Shown: piece by piece, positions 61,352 to 64,000 of the stretch
Position numbering within the stretch: the stretch's first letter is position 1
How the letters are laid out: each line of letters opens with the position of its first letter
Assembly (NCBI GenBank): GCA_027317865.1
Contig: DAHVQG010000001.1
Span: 224,001-288,000 of the forward strand
DNA length: 64,000 nt
From: Bdellovibrionales bacterium
GTDB taxonomy: Bacteria; Bdellovibrionota; Bdellovibrionia; Bdellovibrionales; UBA1609
Reading direction: 5' to 3'
Position numbers and translations under genes: made by a program
The notes under the pieces: generated by a model
The model's input: the letters and a program-made list of their open reading frames with translations, nothing else
The model's database searches: none
What the model was told of the DNA's origin: nothing

Positions 61352-62085
61352 TGAGAAAACTTTTTACGCTTGCCTCATTCATCATGATTTCAAGTCTGGG
61401 TTTAGCCCAGCCACGCACAAAAATGATGCGCCTTAAAATCGAAGGCGCGCCGGTTCGGCAGCTTGTCGGCTATTCGAATGAAATGTCGTGCGTGCACCTT
61501 AAGAAGAGTTTGGCTAAGCAAAAATCGGCTGTGGCTGCAATCATAGGCATCGAAAAAGCGTGCGCCGACGGTATGTATAGTCGTGACGTCGTTGATGACG
61601 GTGTTACGTACTATTTGCCTGATTACAGTTTCGACAACGCAAAAATGGCGAGTTTAGAAAGTTTAATCGTTAAATGGCAAATTCCAGCGGGAACAGTTAA
61701 ATCTCTGAGGCTCAATTCGTCAGACGCCATTTTCATGGTCGGTCTCGGCCACGACGACTTAAGCGATTTGTCGTATAATTTTGCAAACAAAAGATATCGA
61801 ATCGTTCGAAATTCGGCAGGGTGGTCGATTCGCGCCAGAGTCCGAGCCCTCGACATATGTTTGCCAAGGCAAATCGAAATGGTGTCGCTCACTCATTGTT
61901 CCATCGATAAGACCAAATTTTCAGGCTGCAAGTCATCGCAGTGTATCGAGCCCTTGCCGGTCATCAACCTACAGACCTGTAACAAAACGATAATACCACT
62001 TAGTTTAAGCGCAATCGCTCGCAACTATCCATGGAAGGTTAAACAGTTGCGACGGCCGCATCCGTGGGAGACTTCAAATGACTAA
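61351..62085 (+). CDS. Secreted Cys-rich hypothetical protein (gene 4)
   Basis: TAATG coupling, signal peptide. Confidence 0.75.
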   Translation: MRKLFTLASFIMISSLGLAQPRTKMMRLKIEGAPVRQLVGYSNEMSCVHLKKSLAKQKSAVAAIIGIEKACADGMYSRDVVDDGVTYYLPDYSFDNAKMASLESLIVKWQIPAGTVKSLRLNSSDAIFMVGLGHDDLSDLSYNFANKRYRIVRNSAGWSIRARVRALDICLPRQIEMVSLTHCSIDKTKFSGCKSSQCIEPLPVINLQTCNKTIIPLSLSAIARNYPWKVKQLRRPHPWETSND

Positions 62086-62551
62086 AATCTGGTTGATCAT
62101 AATCATAATTCTAAGCACATCGGCGGCGTTTTCAAAATCGATTTGTAATCCAAACCTAAGCGCACTCGCTGGCGATCTTCAGCGCCTTGTTGATGTGACC
62201 CAGCTCAACGATTGTCAAATTGATTTAGTCGTACAGTTGGTCGGTAACGAGAGACAATACTCACTCTGCGCTCGCGATTTGTTTTTATGTTCGATCAACA
62301 AGGCTTATTGTCAGCCAAGGGCGTTTGTCTTCGACTTACCTAAGTCATGCCCGGTTGCAAGGTCGCTTCAAACGGCACGGTATCAAAGCTCATTCAAACA
62401 TCCGGGTGGAGTGTTAAACAGTTTTATCGAATTTCACGTTAACGCTCGTCACTCGATCATGGCGCTTCGATTTGGAGAGATGCAATTCAAGCCTTTTCAA
62501 TTGCGCCACTACGTCGATTGCACAGCGAACCCGACAGGAGAACCACAATGA
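62078..62551 (+). CDS. Secreted Cys-rich hypothetical protein (gene 5)
   Basis: GGGAG RBS, signal peptide ending AFS. Confidence 0.7.
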   Translation: MTKIWLIIIIILSTSAAFSKSICNPNLSALAGDLQRLVDVTQLNDCQIDLVVQLVGNERQYSLCARDLFLCSINKAYCQPRAFVFDLPKSCPVARSLQTARYQSSFKHPGGVLNSFIEFHVNARHSIMALRFGEMQFKPFQLRHYVDCTANPTGEPQ

Positions 62552-62955
62552 GGAAAATATTTTGCATACTGCTATTACCACTAGCGCTTTCGGCCTGCGG
62601 TCGCTCAAACAATGGCAAAGTCGCTGTTCGAAAACCCTCGCCCACCGCTTGTGCATTTTCGCACGTTAGCCGCGCGACGTTGTCGGCCGCCATAGCGAGC
62701 GTCTATGCCGAAAGTAAAACCCAACTGTGGAGCACGAATGACTGCAATGCCAGAATTGCGGCAGCCTCAATGATATTTTTCAGATCTCTCATCAGTAGCG
62801 GATTATCTGTAGAAGGTACCATAAACGAAAAATCCGCAATGCCGATTACCAATCTTTTTGACTACGAATGCAACTTAGTAAAGCCATCAAATCAACTCGT
62901 AGATGAATTCCTGAAGTGTCAAGTAAACAGCGAATTAACCGGTGAGGGACAATGA
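62548..62955 (+). CDS. Hypothetical lipoprotein (gene 6)
   Basis: AGGAG RBS, ATGA overlap, lipobox LSAC. Confidence 0.75.
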   Translation: MRKIFCILLLPLALSACGRSNNGKVAVRKPSPTACAFSHVSRATLSAAIASVYAESKTQLWSTNDCNARIAAASMIFFRSLISSGLSVEGTINEKSAMPITNLFDYECNLVKPSNQLVDEFLKCQVNSELTGEGQ

Positions 62956-63761
62956 AATACTCAATAATCGTATGCTGCGCCTTTTTGGCGGCACAAGCTC
63001 TTGCTGCGCCGGTAACCAACATGACTCAAATTGCAAGCAACCGGCAATCGGTGGCTTTGCAAGTGACAAACAGTCAGCGAACAGATGAACTTTGTGACGC
63101 TAAAGTCAACGTCGTCGTTTCGCAAGACGCATTTGACGACATCGCCGGAGAGTTTTCTGTAGTAACGCAACCGTTTTATTTAACTGCAGGTTCCAGTACA
63201 ACTATAAGTGGCATCGGGTATGCACAGTTAAAATTATACGGCCCAAAGCCTCCGCCGTGGATTTCGCGGGCAAATGCGCAGGTCGATTGCAAATCGGCAA
63301 GCTTTGCCGACTATTGCGATTACGCTCCGAAAAGCGCAAACGACAATTACACCATTCAGAAGATTCTTGATCGCGCCGGCAAGAACGATTGCGGCCTTGC
63401 CGAAAATGAAATCGGCAAGAATCTCGATCTGAGCGGTCAAAACATCGTGAGTTTGAAACCGGTCGGATTTTTAAAAGATCTTCGCTGGTTAAACTTAAGC
63501 AATAATAAAATTCAAGATCTGGGGCCGCTAAGGGGCCTAATGAATTTGCAGCGACTCAATGTGAGCTCAAATCCGATCGTCGACATTCGGCCTCTGCTTG
63601 AAATGGCGAGCATTCGATCTATCAAGGCAAACCGTACCGACGTTTGTTACGATCCGACATTGACTCGCGCGCCAAATCTCAAACGTGTCGAGTTAATAGA
63701 TACCCCATACGCAAAAAAGATAAAATGCGCGGTCGGAGATTTAGCCGGGAATTTGAAATGA
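62952..63761 (+). CDS. Secreted leucine-rich repeat protein (gene 7)
   Basis: Signal peptide; internalin-like LRRs LDLSGQNI, LNLSNNKIQDLGPL, LNVSSNPI. Confidence 0.85.
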   Translation: MKYSIIVCCAFLAAQALAAPVTNMTQIASNRQSVALQVTNSQRTDELCDAKVNVVVSQDAFDDIAGEFSVVTQPFYLTAGSSTTISGIGYAQLKLYGPKPPPWISRANAQVDCKSASFADYCDYAPKSANDNYTIQKILDRAGKNDCGLAENEIGKNLDLSGQNIVSLKPVGFLKDLRWLNLSNNKIQDLGPLRGLMNLQRLNVSSNPIVDIRPLLEMASIRSIKANRTDVCYDPTLTRAPNLKRVELIDTPYAKKIKCAVGDLAGNLK

Positions 63762-64000
63762 AAGTTCTTCTAGCATTGATTTTAATTACATGTGTGGCTG
63801 CCCCAGCATGGGCCAAACTCAGCGTCTGTTTTTTAGGTGTCACGCCAGCCGCTCAAAATCAATCTTTCAAATCATTTCGCCAAGCCGTCTTTCTGAACGG
63901 CTACGGAGGACAGTTTTATGACACGGACGACTTGTCATGCCAAGAAGTTCATCAGATTGAAGACGGTATCGAAACTGTGGTCTTTTCGTTATCTGTCGGC
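63758..64000 (+). CDS. Secreted hypothetical protein (gene 8), 3'-truncated by the window edge
   Basis: ATGA overlap; MKVLLALILITCVAAPAWA signal peptide; open to the end of the window. Confidence 0.7.
   Translation, partial: MKVLLALILITCVAAPAWAKLSVCFLGVTPAAQNQSFKSFRQAVFLNGYGGQFYDTDDLSCQEVHQIEDGIETVVFSLSVG

Noticed and set aside
1-64000. CRISPR or TIGR-like arrays, tRNA/rRNA, prophage
   Set aside because: No regularly spaced repeats, RNA gene signatures or phage hallmark genes seen by eye

Overview
Bacterial chromosomal window, most likely Bdellovibrionota. This is inferred from the topoisomerase VI pair, an Agl/Glt-like motor cluster, many orphan secreted Cys-containing proteins and several sigma54-type promoters. 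Main result: an intact IS110-superfamily (IS1111-type) element at about 1558-3006 sits inside the Shine-Dalgarno sequence of grxD in a bolA-grxD operon. Its 3' non-coding end folds into a two-loop bridge/seek RNA whose four guide segments match the reconstructed target (an AAGGAG ribosome-binding site) and the donor junction around a CT core. The element ends also rebuild a -35/-10 promoter on circularisation. Second result: an unannotatable, translationally coupled operon of at least 8 exported, mostly Cys-rich proteins (57218 to beyond 64000) with two large paralogs, a lipoprotein and an LRR protein, preceded by a sigma54 promoter. The rest includes top6B/top6A, RND and Emr efflux pumps, a porin, a TPR/beta-barrel + ECF sigma module, stress genes, a GYF-PilZ/TPR/Ig-repeat/GltF/GltG/AglRQS-like cluster, a binding protein + hybrid kinase pair and three secreted hydrolases. 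All calls come from reading motifs by eye; no searches or folding programs were run.
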